Counted from the first letter of the stretch, positions 10,054 through 21,450 are shown. The stretch: DNA of 64,000 nt from Gammaproteobacteria bacterium (GCA_963662545.2 CAXXLL010000003.1:2688001-2752000); one strand, 5' to 3'. A program made the numbers and translations. Notes: generated by a model not told the origin, from the letters alone.

Positions 10054-10077
10054 AAACCCCGCACACGGCGGGGCTTT
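10054..10077. terminator. Probable intrinsic terminator hairpin
   Basis: AAACCCCGC-ACACG-GCGGGGCTTT. Confidence 0.5.
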
Positions 10078-10517
10078 GTATTCTGAAATAGCCTGGTAGC
10101 GTTAAGCTGCTTTACGCCTTTGGAAACCCAATCCCGCGAGCGCAAATCCCATGAGGGTGAGGGTGGCGGGTTCAGGGGTGGAGAAAAGGTGACAGGCTGA
10201 GGAATCCCCATAAAACCCCAACGAAATACAAAGCGATAGATTGATTTGTGGGTTCGTGGAACCTGCATGGCTCGAGTTGATCTCAGTTGTTGCAAGACAA
10301 TCTGTGAACGACGAGGTGAGCCATGCAGGTATTGAAATTGTTACATGAAATGAGCAGCGAAGCGCTATACGGTGTGCATTTGGGTCGTCGACTCTCGGTT
10401 TGGGCGGCGGTCGGCGGTTTACTTCGGGGCCGACGTTTGTGGCTGACGCATATCGGTCGGAGCATAGACAGTGGCACGAGCGAGAAACACGCGATTAAGC
10501 GCGTCGATCGCTTGCTA

Positions 10518-12214
10518 GTGTGCATCCCTAAACGCGATGCGGTTGAAATAAAAAGGAAAATTTGTCGCTTAAGGGATCGAAACCTCCGGTGGGTCGTGAT
10601 CTAATGGAACTTCAAACCTCTGATTTTCCACACAATCATCGACACCACAGGAGGGGGAATGCGTCAGAAACGCACGGCCCAAGCGAGTATATACGAGCTG
10701 TTTGCTGACCATGACCTGGGGCGAGAGCTGCAGGGCATGTCCGAGTGGCTCGATGCTCACCCCAAGGTCCTCACGCCGGTCATGAACGATCTGTGTCGGC
10801 GGGGTTTGAAGCCCACCGGTCGACGCGGACTGTCGGCGGAGTCGGTGCTGCGCTGCGCGGTGCTCAAGCAGCACCGGCAATTGAGTTACGAGGAGCTGGC
10901 CTTTCACCTGCAGGACTCGGCGAGCTTTCAGGCCTTCGCCCGGTTGCCGGGTAATGAACGTCCGAAGAAGTCTGCCTTACAGCGGGTGGTCTCGGCGATC
11001 CAGGTATCGACGTGGGAGTCTATTCATCGCGCCCTGCTGGCGACGGCGAAAGAGACGCGCATTGAGCCGGCACAGCGTGTACGGATTGATAGCACGGTAA
11101 CGGACAGTGCCATCCACGCGCCGAGCGACAGTCATCTGCTGTGGGATGGCGTGCGTGTTGTGGTTCGTCTGCTCGCACAGGCGCGCGAGTTGCCTGGCGC
11201 GCCGGAGTTGTGCTTCGTGAACCACACTCGATTGGCGAAGAAGCGTGCGCGGGCGCTGTGGTATGCGCGTGGTGCGAAGCAACGCCAACGTCTGTATCGC
11301 GATTTGATTGGGGCGACGCGTTCAACCTTGGAAGCGGTAGCGAGGGTACGTGAGCAGCTGCTGAGCCCGGGCGTCACCGGCGTTGAACTGCCGGACTGGC
11401 TAGCGCAGGTAGCGCACTACGAAACACTTGTTCTGCAGGTGATTTCGCAAACTGAGCGGCGGGTGTTCGGCGGTGAGAAGGTCCCCGCGAGCGAGAAGTG
11501 CGTGAGCTTGTTCGAGCCGCATACCGACATCATCATAAAGGGTGCGCGCGACGTTCAGTACGGACACAAAATCAATCTGGCTTCGGGGCGCAGTGGCCTC
11601 ATCCTCGACGTGGTCATCGAGCGAGGCAATCCGGTCGATAGTCAGCGCTTCATGCCGATGCTCGAACGGCATCGAACACACTACGGGACGATGCCACGAC
11701 AGGTCGCCGCCGATGGCGGCTATGCGAGCCTCGACAATCTCCGGGCGGCGAAAGCAGAAGGCATCGAAGACGTTGCCTTCCACAAGAAGCGCGGGCTCGC
11801 GATCGCCGACATGGTCAAGAGTCAGTGGGTCTATCGACGCTTGCGCAACTTCCGCGCCGGCATCGAGGCCGGTATCTCCTGCCTGAAGCGTGCATACGGA
11901 TTGGCACGTTGCACCTGGAAGAGCCTGCCGCACTTCGAAGCCTACGTGTGGTCTTCTGTGGTCGCCTACAACCTCAGCCTGCTCGCGCGCTATCAACTCG
12001 AATAGCGACGTTCACTCGCACTAACTGACCTCCTCGATATCGTCGAACGGGCGACTTTGGGTTGCAGCGCTCTGCGGCCGGCGAACGTACTCACAATTAC
12101 GCTCGAAGAGCCCTTCGACCCCCACCGAACCGCCGCTACCGCTCCAACAACCTACTTTCAACACCTCGATTTCTCCGTGCCCATCGAAGAAAATGCCTGT
12201 TTATGGACGGACAC
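10518..12214 (+). mobile_element. ISNCY-type insertion sequence copy A (1697 bp)
   Basis: IRs GTGTGCATCCCTAAAC / GTTTATGGACGGACAC; 6-bp duplication TTGCTA. Confidence 0.9.
10659..12005 (+). CDS. ISNCY/IS5-like DDE transposase
   Basis: LSYEELAFHL, RIDSTV, ADGGY, FRAGIEAGIS-LKR. Confidence 0.9.
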   Translation: MRQKRTAQASIYELFADHDLGRELQGMSEWLDAHPKVLTPVMNDLCRRGLKPTGRRGLSAESVLRCAVLKQHRQLSYEELAFHLQDSASFQAFARLPGNERPKKSALQRVVSAIQVSTWESIHRALLATAKETRIEPAQRVRIDSTVTDSAIHAPSDSHLLWDGVRVVVRLLAQARELPGAPELCFVNHTRLAKKRARALWYARGAKQRQRLYRDLIGATRSTLEAVARVREQLLSPGVTGVELPDWLAQVAHYETLVLQVISQTERRVFGGEKVPASEKCVSLFEPHTDIIIKGARDVQYGHKINLASGRSGLILDVVIERGNPVDSQRFMPMLERHRTHYGTMPRQVAADGGYASLDNLRAAKAEGIEDVAFHKKRGLAIADMVKSQWVYRRLRNFRAGIEAGISCLKRAYGLARCTWKSLPHFEAYVWSSVVAYNLSLLARYQLE

Positions 12215-13253
12215 TTGCTAGGTAATCGTCAGCTCGGTGGTGAGCGTTTGCAGTGGTATCAATGGATAGCTCGGTTATTGGTATCGGACTGTGCGCATCC
12301 GGTGGTGTTGGTGGATTGGTCTAATCTGGATCAACGTCAAGAGCTCTATGTATTGCGGGCGGCCTTAGCGGTCGGTGGTCGAGCCATCCCCGTGTATGAA
12401 GAAGTCGAACACCATTACGCGAGTGTCAAAGCGGAGAAACGCTTTCTGAAGCGACTGAAGGCCATTCTGCCTGCGGGCTGTTGTCCGATCTTGGTCAGTG
12501 ATGCAGGATTTCGGACGCCCTGGTTGAGTCTTGTGGCCTCAATGGGATGGTATTACGTGGGTCGCATCCGTCATCGTCACCTCGTGCGAGGTATGGATGA
12601 GGCGGCATGGCATTCGAACAAAGTGCTCTACGGCCAAGCCAATGCTCGTCCGAAGTCACTGGGTCGTTTTTTGATCACGAAAAGTAATCCGCTGGACACC
12701 CATTTATTCGTTTACAAAGGTAAGAAACGCGGGCGTGTCTGCTATACGGCTTACGGCAAACCGGCGCGGGCTCGCAATACCGAGAAACCGTCGGCAGCGG
12801 CGCGTGAGCCGTGGTTATTGGCCAGCAATCTGCCGGACAACCTTCGTAGTGCGCATCGGGTAGTTGCCGTGTATCGTCGCCGCATGCAGATTGAAGAGAG
12901 CTTCCGCGACATGAAGTCGCCCCGTTACGGCTTTGCACTTAGAGAAAACATGGGACGTGATCCCGAGAGAGTGGCGAACTTACTCTTGCTGTGCGCATTG
13001 GCCACACTGGCCCAATGGTTGGTCGGCTTGGTCGGTTACCAAACAGGTTTAGTGAAAGGTTTACAGGCCAATACCGAAAGACGTAAACCCGTCCTATCAG
13101 TGGTGTTCGTTGGTGCGCGCCTCATTGCCAAGCAACTTCAAATCCGGCGCTCAACTTTATTACAGGCGCTCCGGGATCTACAGGCACGCGCCATTGTGCA
13201 ACTTGAATTTTGCTAGTCGAATTTGTGGGGATCCCTCAGGGTGACAGGTTTAT

Positions 13254-13514
13254 TTGAGTGAACCATATCTCCAAAGTGACCCGGTGGGGCTTGCCGGTGG
13301 TATTAATACCTATGCCTACGCCAACAGCAACCCCTTACGTTGGATAGATTTATATGGGTTAACTGCGACTTGTCCTCTAATTCCGCCTGGTTTAGGCGAT
13401 TCGATGTGGACATCCGACCGCGGTTCACGCTTCTTTCATTGTGGCTTACGAGTTTTTAGGGAGAATCGCAAACCCACACCGTGCGACCCCACCGCAGAAT
13501 GTGTTTATGACTGA
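13254..13514 (+). pseudogene. Orphan RHS core end and tip, copy 2
   Basis: Protein identical to 5635-5895. Confidence 0.85.
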
Positions 13515-13855
13515 CCCTGTCCGGCGCTGAACTCAAGGCCATCCTCGAAGACGTCGCTGATAACCTGTTCAATCCCGACCCGTATTTTCAGCAGGGCGGT
13601 GACATGGTGCGCACCGCCGGGATCGGTTATCGCCTGCGTGCACACGCGCAAGCCGGGGAGCGCATCGAGAATCTGACTAAGCTGCCAGGCCGCGATCCGA
13701 TTGAAGCGTCGCGACAATATGTGCTCACAGGTTGGGCCTCGGTCAACGAAAATGTCGAGGGCCCGGCAGTTTACGACGTCGTCAGCGAGCATATCGAGAA
13801 CCTCGATGATGACGTCCATGTAGCGCCGAACACCGCCGTGCAGTTCGTCGTCTAA
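13511..13855 (+). pseudogene. soxB: soxB 3' fragment, copy 2
   Basis: Near-identical to 5892-6236. Confidence 0.8.
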
Positions 13856-13923
13856 TCAGGTCGCAAAGCCCCTGAATACGGTCGGTAGCGCGCGGATCTC
13901 CTGCACGAGATCGGGAGGCAGGT

Positions 13924-15049
13924 CATCGGCGGCCATCTCGAACGTCAGGGCCCCTCGAGCCGCACGATGACGATGGCCTGGCCCAGGTCCTCGGTAGTTC
14001 GATTACCTACCGCATCGCCTTCGGCCCCCGCCAGGGACACAAGGCCTTCATGCTACAAACGCGCCCCGCGCAAGATGAACACACACCTACCAGCGAGCGC
14101 TTGGCCAAGGCCGCGGGCTTCTCCCTACACGCGGGCGTGGCGGCCGAACCCTGGGAGCGCAACAAACTCCAACGTCTCGCCCGTTACCTCACTCGCCCCG
14201 CGATCGCAGAGCAACGCCTCGCGCTAACTGCACAAGGCCTCGTCAGGTACGAACTCAAAACCCCTTATCGCGACGGCACCACCCACGTGTTCTTCGAGCC
14301 CCTGGACCTCATGGCCCGCCTCGCCGCACTCATCCTCAAACCGCGCGTCAATCTGATCCGATTTGATGGGGAACATCCCTGTTCCCCACCCTTCGGGCAA
14401 CCTTCGGTTGTCCAAATTTATTCCCGATAAATTTGTCACGGTGTCTTTGCCCCGAATAGCCCGCATCGCGCCGCCGTCACGCCCGCCCGACGCGGCCGCA
14501 AGCAATCCGATGCAAAGCCCGACAAAACACCCGCCCAACAACGCGCCACCATGAGCCTTAAGCACAAAGACTCAAACGTGTGTTCAATATCGATATCGAG
14601 ACCTGTGAGGCCTGCGGGGGGCATGTCAAGATCATCGCCTGCATCCGACTGCAGGGATGCAGGAGGTAGAGCAATGCAGGAGCAATTGCCGAGAAGACCC
14701 CGACCTTATCCAACGCATCCTCGACCATCTCGACCGTCATACCGAACCGACCCGAGCTGTCAACGCGCATCCCGCCCGCGCGCCGCCGCAACTGCCCCTG
14801 CTCGGACTCAACGATTGAGCCCAACAGCCACACGCAGCACGGATGCCAGGCCTCGCCAGCGACGGTCTCCGCGACACTCGACCGCAAGGCTAATCCGTCG
14901 ACTTCACGCCCCGCTCAGCCGTTCAGTGACACGCGATAACCCGATTTCACACGCCTGACCCCTACGTCTGCCCCACTTCCGCCTTCGTCAACCGCGCTCC
15001 AACCCGCGCGTCAGCGCATGAATGCGGGCGTTGTACTTCCTATTCTCCC
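13924..15049 (+). mobile_element. IS91/ISCR remnant 2 with intact oriIS-type end
   Basis: Dead transposase 3' half (KIIACI-EDP...RILDHL); ends about 230 bp after the stop in GGGCGTTGTACTTCCTATTCTCCC. Confidence 0.88.
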
Positions 15050-15200
15050 GCAGATGTACTTTTTCGAAGATCGTGCGTTGGTGTTCTGGAGTCTTGTCCT
15101 GCCCGGCTCGGATCGTGAGGTCGACGGCGTCGACGTGATGACCTTTACGGATGACGAACGTATCGCAGTAAAGGATGCCTACTGCAAGGCCTTTAGCTAG
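15050..15200 (+). pseudogene. C-terminal fragment of a SnoaL-like protein directly after the oriIS
   Basis: DRALVFW...VDGVDVMTF-D-RIAVKDAY-K; no start. Confidence 0.55.
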
Positions 15201-16896
15201 TGTGCATCCCTAAACGCGATGCGGTTGAAATAAAAAGGAAAATTTGTCGCTTAAGGGATCGAAACCTCCGGTGGGTCGTGATCTAATGGAACTTCAAACC
15301 TCTGATTTTCCACACAATCATCGACACCACAGGAGGGGGAATGCGTCAGAAACGCACGGCCCAAGCGAGTATATACGAGCTGTTTGCTGACCATGACCTG
15401 GGGCGAGAGCTGCAGGGCATGTCCGAGTGGCTCGATGCTCACCCCAAGGTCCTCACGCCGGTCATGAACGATCTGTGTCGGCGGGGTTTGAAGCCCACCG
15501 GTCGACGCGGACTGTCGGCGGAGTCGGTGCTGCGCTGCGCGGTGCTCAAGCAGCACCGGCAATTGAGTTACGAGGAGCTGGCCTTTCACCTGCAGGACTC
15601 GGCGAGCTTTCAGGCCTTCGCCCGGTTGCCGGGTAATGAACGTCCGAAGAAGTCTGCCTTACAGCGGGTGGTCTCGGCGATCCAGGTATCGACGTGGGAG
15701 TCTATTCATCGCGCCCTGCTGGCGACGGCGAAAGAGACGCGCATTGAGCCGGCACAGCGTGTACGGATTGATAGCACGGTAACGGACAGTGCCATCCACG
15801 CGCCGAGCGACAGTCATCTGCTGTGGGATGGCGTGCGTGTTGTGGTTCGTCTGCTCGCACAGGCGCGCGAGTTGCCTGGCGCGCCGGAGTTGTGCTTCGT
15901 GAACCACACTCGATTGGCGAAGAAGCGTGCGCGGGCGCTGTGGTATGCGCGTGGTGCGAAGCAACGCCAACGTCTGTATCGCGATTTGATTGGGGCGACG
16001 CGTTCAACCTTGGAAGCGGTAGCGAGGGTACGTGAGCAGCTGCTGAGCCCGGGCGTCACCGGCGTTGAACTGCCGGACTGGCTAGCGCAGGTAGCGCACT
16101 ACGAAACACTTGTTCTGCAGGTGATTTCGCAAACTGAGCGGCGGGTGTTCGGCGGTGAGAAGGTCCCCGCGAGCGAGAAGTGCGTGAGCTTGTTCGAGCC
16201 GCATACCGACATCATCATAAAGGGTGCGCGCGACGTTCAGTACGGACACAAAATCAATCTGGCTTCGGGGCGCAGTGGCCTCATCCTCGACGTGGTCATC
16301 GAGCGAGGCAATCCGGTCGATAGTCAGCGCTTCATGCCGATGCTCGAACGGCATCGAACACACTACGGGACGATGCCACGACAGGTCGCCGCCGATGGCG
16401 GCTATGCGAGCCTCGACAATCTCCGGGCGGCGAAAGCAGAAGGCATCGAAGACGTTGCCTTCCACAAGAAGCGCGGGCTCGCGATCGCCGACATGGTCAA
16501 GAGTCAGTGGGTCTATCGACGCTTGCGCAACTTCCGCGCCGGCATCGAGGCCGGTATCTCCTGCCTGAAGCGTGCATACGGATTGGCACGTTGCACCTGG
16601 AAGAGCCTGCCGCACTTCGAAGCCTACGTGTGGTCTTCTGTGGTCGCCTACAACCTCAGCCTGCTCGCGCGCTATCAACTCGAATAGCGACGTTCACTCG
16701 CACTAACTGACCTCCTCGATATCGTCGAACGGGCGACTTTGGGTTGCAGCGCTCTGCGGCCGGCGAACGTACTCACAATTACGCTCGAAGAGCCCTTCGA
16801 CCCCCACCGAACCGCCGCTACCGCTCCAACAACCTACTTTCAACACCTCGATTTCTCCGTGCCCATCGAAGAAAATGCCTGTTTATGGACGGACAC
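15200..16896 (+). mobile_element. ISNCY-type IS copy B
   Basis: Same sequence as copy A; flanks TAGCTA / TTGCTA. Confidence 0.9.
15341..16687 (+). CDS. ISNCY/IS5-like DDE transposase
   Basis: Identical to 10659-12005. Confidence 0.9.
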   Translation: MRQKRTAQASIYELFADHDLGRELQGMSEWLDAHPKVLTPVMNDLCRRGLKPTGRRGLSAESVLRCAVLKQHRQLSYEELAFHLQDSASFQAFARLPGNERPKKSALQRVVSAIQVSTWESIHRALLATAKETRIEPAQRVRIDSTVTDSAIHAPSDSHLLWDGVRVVVRLLAQARELPGAPELCFVNHTRLAKKRARALWYARGAKQRQRLYRDLIGATRSTLEAVARVREQLLSPGVTGVELPDWLAQVAHYETLVLQVISQTERRVFGGEKVPASEKCVSLFEPHTDIIIKGARDVQYGHKINLASGRSGLILDVVIERGNPVDSQRFMPMLERHRTHYGTMPRQVAADGGYASLDNLRAAKAEGIEDVAFHKKRGLAIADMVKSQWVYRRLRNFRAGIEAGISCLKRAYGLARCTWKSLPHFEAYVWSSVVAYNLSLLARYQLE

Positions 16897-16910
16897 TTGC
16901 TAGGCGCCTG

Positions 16911-16985
16911 TTCGCCGACAAGTCGGCTCCTACGGTGGCTATCGCTCAGAACGGAGACACCTGTAGGAGCCGGCTTGCCGGCGAA
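16911..16985. repeat. Inverted GTAG-family REP doublet (REPIN-like)
   Basis: TTCGCCGACAAGTCGGCTCCTAC ... GTAGGAGCCGGCTTGCCGGCGAA. Confidence 0.85.
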
Positions 16986-18137
16986 TCACTCAAACAAACC
17001 TTCAAACCAAGGCAGAATCAGTTCCTGATTGATCGAATACGTATACGCATGCCCCCACTCTGGAAGCTCTTTATACGTCACCTCCGCGAATCCATTTTCC
17101 ACGAGCGTGGCGTTCGCCATACGCGCGCCCCGTACGGGAAAGATAAAGTCCTGCCCGCCATGAATAATGAGAAACGGCAATGCTTTGGCTTTTTGCAGGT
17201 CCAGCCACGGCGCTAAAACGGCGGCGATGGGGGCAACTGCTGCAAAAAGATCCGGACGGCTCGTAGCTAACGCATACGAAAACGTCCCACCGTCCGATAA
17301 GCCAGAGACAAGAATTCGATCCGAATCAATGGCGTATTGTTCACCTACAGTCGTCAGCATCGCGGTAATGGACAAAACATCCGCGTCGGGATTGTCGACA
17401 GCCCAGGTGGGGCCGAGCGATTTCGGTGACAGAATAAAATATCCGTTGCTTTTTGCCGCTCGTAGCCACGTGAGCAGATACTCGTCATTCGCCCCGCTAC
17501 CGCCGTGCAGGGCGATAATCAATGGCCAATGTCGCTCGGGCACATAGTTCTCTGGCACATAGAGCGAATAGGCTCCATGTTCACTTGACCGTTGGTGATG
17601 CAGAATGCCGACCTCATGTTCGCTGGCGGCGACGCTCTCTTCCAGCGCGGGAAGATCGGCGACCACATCCGGAAGAACCCAATACTGCTGGAGGGTCGGC
17701 GTGTAATGGCGGATGTCGTACAAAAGAAATCGCGCTCGGGCGAACGTGTCGCGACTTTGTATAAAGACACCGATAAAATTGGAATCTTTTCGTACAAAAA
17801 TGCCATACGTCGTATAGAGCAGGCCGACGGCGTCAAACCAGGTCTCATGGAAGGCTTTACGTTCCGGTGGTGGCGTCAGTTTTTCAAATTCCGACCGAAT
17901 ATGGGCAAACTGATCACCGACTGCCTGGCTGAGTTCGGCTTGGAGTTGCGTAAACTTCGCGGGATGAAGCTGTTCCTGCAGGGTTTCAAATGTGCGCAGA
18001 AAGTAAAGCACCTGTTCTTCTTGGCGCGCAATGACTGAGTAGTAGTCTCCGTCGGCCAAAGCTGGTAAAGAAAAGAGCGTAATAGGAGCGGGTGTAAGAA
18101 CGTAAAAAAATAGGGCTGTCAGCCGAGTGCGAAGCAT
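16986..18137 (-). CDS. Secreted phospholipase/carboxylesterase (alpha/beta hydrolase)
   Basis: ALHGG, GLSDGG nucleophile elbow, HGGQD, WGH; signal-like N-terminus from ATG 18137. Confidence 0.8.
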   Translation of the reverse strand: MLRTRLTALFFYVLTPAPITLFSLPALADGDYYSVIARQEEQVLYFLRTFETLQEQLHPAKFTQLQAELSQAVGDQFAHIRSEFEKLTPPPERKAFHETWFDAVGLLYTTYGIFVRKDSNFIGVFIQSRDTFARARFLLYDIRHYTPTLQQYWVLPDVVADLPALEESVAASEHEVGILHHQRSSEHGAYSLYVPENYVPERHWPLIIALHGGSGANDEYLLTWLRAAKSNGYFILSPKSLGPTWAVDNPDADVLSITAMLTTVGEQYAIDSDRILVSGLSDGGTFSYALATSRPDLFAAVAPIAAVLAPWLDLQKAKALPFLIIHGGQDFIFPVRGARMANATLVENGFAEVTYKELPEWGHAYTYSINQELILPWFEGLFE

Positions 18138-18243
18138 GCCGGGAGATTGTATCAATCTAGCCAAGGGACGGGCTAATAACTTTCGGACACCATTGCCAAA
18201 CACCGCTGTCCTTTGAGACATTCCGCGACCATGTCGAGATATA

Positions 18244-19599
18244 GTGCCAAGTAAATCTATACCTTTTCGTCCTCGTGCCTGGCGCTCGCATACGGCGCCC
18301 GCCATCTGTCTCGGCTTTGTCGGCACGATATCGGCGATGAGCGCGTCCGCCTTCGAGCCCGTCACATACGGCCCGCTCGAAGCAGCATTCGGTATCACCG
18401 CCATCGCGAGCGCGCAGCAGGGTAGCGGGGTTAATTTCGGTTTCGGCGCTTTCGACCACCCGGGCGATGCCGCGCGTACCGTGGTGTCGGCCTCGATCGA
18501 ACCGCGCCTCGGATTGACGTGGGCGCTCGATCGGTCGACGTTATACGGGGCCGCCTCGGTCGTCGCGGCCGGCACCTTTTTCGACGGTGAGATCGCCGGC
18601 CAATTCGGCCGCTCGGGCGACGACGCATTCGACAACGACGAAGCGCATCTCGGCTGGCGTAATGACCTGTTCGACGTCTCGGTCGGGGCGCAGGAATTCA
18701 TCGTCGGCGACGGTTTGTTGATCGGCGATGGTAATTTCGACACCGGCGCCGACGACGGTCAGTACTGGCTGCTGCCGTTCACCGCGTGGCGTAACTCGGT
18801 GATCGCGAAACTCACCCACGAGCACCTGCGCGGGCAGCTGTTCTGGCTACGCAGCGATCGGGATTTCGGCGACGCCTATGTCGCCGGAATCAACCTCGAA
18901 AGCGAATTCGGAGCGGAATACGGCACGCTCGGGTTCATGTATGCCGAAGTGTTGCAGGGCAATCAATTCAATTACGACGGCATCGAGGTATGGAACGTGC
19001 GGGGCGCCGAAATCCGGCATCCCTTGATCCCGAACCTGACGCTGTTCGGTGAATACGTGGCCGAGCGCGGGCGTGACGACGACGGCGCGGGCGCCGACAA
19101 CGAGGCGAGCGGCTGGTATATCGAGGCGCGATACGCCATGCCCGGACTGCCATGGTCGCCCGCGGTTCACTACCGCTACATGCATCTGTCCGGCGACGAA
19201 CTCGACACGCCGGAGAATGAGGAATTCCGCGGGCTCTTCTTCACCACCGGCACGCGCGGCTGGGATACCTGGTATCAAGGTGAGATCGCGAGCCAGTACC
19301 ACCTGTTCAACCAGAACCAAGTGACGCAGATGGTCAAGGTGACCGCCTCACCGGCGCAGCGCTGGACCGTGTCGCTCTACTACTACCGCTTCGACTTGGA
19401 AGAGCCGCAGTTCCTCGGCACGCCGGTTTCGAGCACCGACTGGGCCGACGAATATAACCTGATGCTTGAATACGCTTTGGGCGAACGGTTGTACGTCTTT
19501 ACTGCGCTGTCCTGGTCACCGCCCGGCAACGCGGTGAAGCAACTCTTCGGCGACGACGACTTCACGGTGTTGGAGACGTTTTTCGTGTACACGTTTTGA
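18244..19599 (+). CDS. Outer-membrane beta-barrel (alginate export/porin-like); start uncertain
   Basis: SVGAQEF-VGDG, amphipathic strands, C-terminal YTF. Confidence 0.7.
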   Translation: MPSKSIPFRPRAWRSHTAPAICLGFVGTISAMSASAFEPVTYGPLEAAFGITAIASAQQGSGVNFGFGAFDHPGDAARTVVSASIEPRLGLTWALDRSTLYGAASVVAAGTFFDGEIAGQFGRSGDDAFDNDEAHLGWRNDLFDVSVGAQEFIVGDGLLIGDGNFDTGADDGQYWLLPFTAWRNSVIAKLTHEHLRGQLFWLRSDRDFGDAYVAGINLESEFGAEYGTLGFMYAEVLQGNQFNYDGIEVWNVRGAEIRHPLIPNLTLFGEYVAERGRDDDGAGADNEASGWYIEARYAMPGLPWSPAVHYRYMHLSGDELDTPENEEFRGLFFTTGTRGWDTWYQGEIASQYHLFNQNQVTQMVKVTASPAQRWTVSLYYYRFDLEEPQFLGTPVSSTDWADEYNLMLEYALGERLYVFTALSWSPPGNAVKQLFGDDDFTVLETFFVYTF

Positions 19600-19632
19600 A
19601 CACGCAACAGGACGACGCCAGCGTTATAGCCC

Positions 19633-20217
19633 CTATTCGATCATCCCTATCGTCGCCGCGCGGAGATCCTTGCCGGGAGCGGCAACGGCGGCTGAGGATT
19701 GGTCCTCGCGGGCCCGTTCGTCGAAGAGGATCTCCTCGATCGATGCGTCTACGAGTGAGTTGTCGTAGGCGATATCCACCACCACTTGACGGCCCGGAAA
19801 CTCGAGGGTGAGCGAGCCGAGAGCGATCGGCTCGGCCGTGCTGACCTGGGTTGTGATGAGGATCGGCGTTCGGTCCTCCGCGTTATTCGCCGCCAGCACT
19901 TGGAAAAGCGTCTGCGCGAACATGCGTACCGCCTCGCCCTCGAAGGCGCCGACATCCCGGCTGGCCCACACGAGTTCGTCGTCTTTGAATTTCACGATTC
20001 CGACGGTGTTCGCTGACGGATTTCCCGCGTGTATCACATAGGTTTCGGCGAGCAACTCCAGAACTTTGTACTCCGTGCGAAGCGACTCGAGCAGCGTTTC
20101 TTTGTCGTCACCGAGCGAGGCTTGAACCTCCCCGATGTCGATCGGCTCGGACGCGGCGACCGGGAGCGAACCGCCCCAGATGAAGAGAGCCAGTAAAACG
20201 GAGGATATGATTCTCAT
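19633..20217 (-). CDS. Hypothetical secreted protein
   Basis: AGGAG RBS; signal peptide MRIISSVLLALF...VAA. Confidence 0.6.
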   Translation of the reverse strand: MRIISSVLLALFIWGGSLPVAASEPIDIGEVQASLGDDKETLLESLRTEYKVLELLAETYVIHAGNPSANTVGIVKFKDDELVWASRDVGAFEGEAVRMFAQTLFQVLAANNAEDRTPILITTQVSTAEPIALGSLTLEFPGRQVVVDIAYDNSLVDASIEEILFDERAREDQSSAAVAAPGKDLRAATIGMIE

Positions 20218-20437
20218 CGGTTGTCTCCTGTAAGTGGGCGGCGCCTGCGGGAATATAAGACAAACAAAGCCTGTTTTTGGTGTGTGCGAAACTAAAGGAC
20301 ACGGTGGATCCTTTTGCACCGCCAGCCCCGTTCGAATGTAATCCCCCTGCCTATGCCGGACGACGGGGGAACCTCGTGATACTACATCCAGGCGAATCGG
20401 AGTCGGTTAGCGGAGGGTAATCAGCCATAATGTCCTG

Positions 20438-20488
20438 CGGCACAATCGGCACAATCGGCACAATCGGCACAATCGGCACAATCGGCAC
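20438..20488. repeat. Tandem repeat (CGGCACAAT) x5.7
   Basis: Read directly from the sequence. Confidence 0.95.
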
Positions 20489-20608
20489 TTCGATTCGTGC
20501 GCGCACTGCCGGAACCAAGACGGTTACGCTAACGCTGGATGTCAGAAACGCGATTCACGGCCTAGAAGTGTGACCGTTTGGCTAGTCGCTGCGTTCTAAT
20601 ACTAGAAC

Positions 20609-20953
20609 TTACTGTTTTGCCTTATACGCCCGCAGGGCCAGGTTAAACTGGTTGGCTACCGCTTCCATGTTGTCAACCATCTGATTGTGGCTTTCGATCA
20701 TTGCGGCTTTCATCGCCAGTGCTTCTTCGTCATCGCCGAGCGTGCCTCCGGCTTCGGTCAAGCATTCCAGGTAAGCATTCGCCGCATCCATGTAGGTCTT
20801 GACCGCTTTCTGCGCGCCGATCAGATCCTCTTCGGTCGCTTTTTCTCCGTCGGGAATACCGGGTTCGGCAGGGGTGCTACACCTCTTGGCCGCGAGCGCC
20901 GGCTGCGCCGCGAGCAGGGCGATGGTCAACAAGGTCGTCGTAAGTAATTTCAT
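20609..20953 (-). CDS. Small secreted two-Cys helical hypothetical protein, copy 1
   Basis: Signal peptide; C..P..PDG..A...YLECL; GGAGG RBS; module 20514-21081 repeated at 32375-32942. Confidence 0.8.
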   Translation of the reverse strand: MKLLTTTLLTIALLAAQPALAAKRCSTPAEPGIPDGEKATEEDLIGAQKAVKTYMDAANAYLECLTEAGGTLGDDEEALAMKAAMIESHNQMVDNMEAVANQFNLALRAYKAKQ

Positions 20954-21289
20954 TGTTCGCCTCCAAGCGATGAATCCTAACTCAAGGTAGCCGGCCGGTC
21001 ATCTTGCAGCAGTTCACGCAGGACTGGTTCTAATACTTCGATGCATTCATCTGCGAACGCGGAAAAGAGTACAAGGGGTCACTTCAGTGCGTCTCCTTTT
21101 CCGCGCCGTTTCCGCACTTGAAATCACTAAGAAACAGTTTCCGGAGATGTGTGTGGATCTGATTTTTTCGAGAATTTAGAGATTACAACACCGTGAAATA
21201 ACTCACGCCAAAGGCCAGCAGCAATTGCACGAAAAAGATGAGTCGCAGAAAATATTTTGCCGTCCATTTTGGCTGTACACGCTGTGGCA

Positions 21290-21450
21290 GGCGCTTGTAA
21301 GGCGCCAACAGCAAACAGCCATATCGACCACGTCCCCAGCGTCTGGGTAAGCATATTGCTCAAGGCAGTAATGGTATCGGCGCCCTGTGGTGTTTCACCC
21401 ATTGCATACAGCACACCGGCGTCGGTGATTGAGTCGGTGTTGGCCACGCG
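21290..21450 (-). pseudogene. Internal fragment of an Nramp-like transporter
   Basis: AGVLY..GETPQG...LSNMLTQTLG-W..WLF-VGA. Confidence 0.45.

Larger units (their letters stand above)
10197..13239 (+). mobile_element. IS10-like type A copy 2, transposase disrupted by ISNCY insertion
   Basis: Same IRs and GGTGACAGG duplication; ORF split at RVDRLL|GNRQ. Confidence 0.9.

Noticed and set aside
12062-13216. 384-aa ORF as a separate transposase
   Set aside because: It is read-through from the ISNCY right end into the broken IS4 gene
4262-14552. Duplications as pure assembly artefacts
   Set aside because: Copies differ by SNPs, indels and nested insertions with proper target duplications; read-level confirmation is still advisable
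18138-18743. N-terminal 200 aa of the 585-aa ORF
   Set aside because: It is antisense to the porin gene; the hydrolase more plausibly starts at 18137
20438-20488. CRISPR array
   Set aside because: 9-bp head-to-tail repeats without spacers; no cas genes
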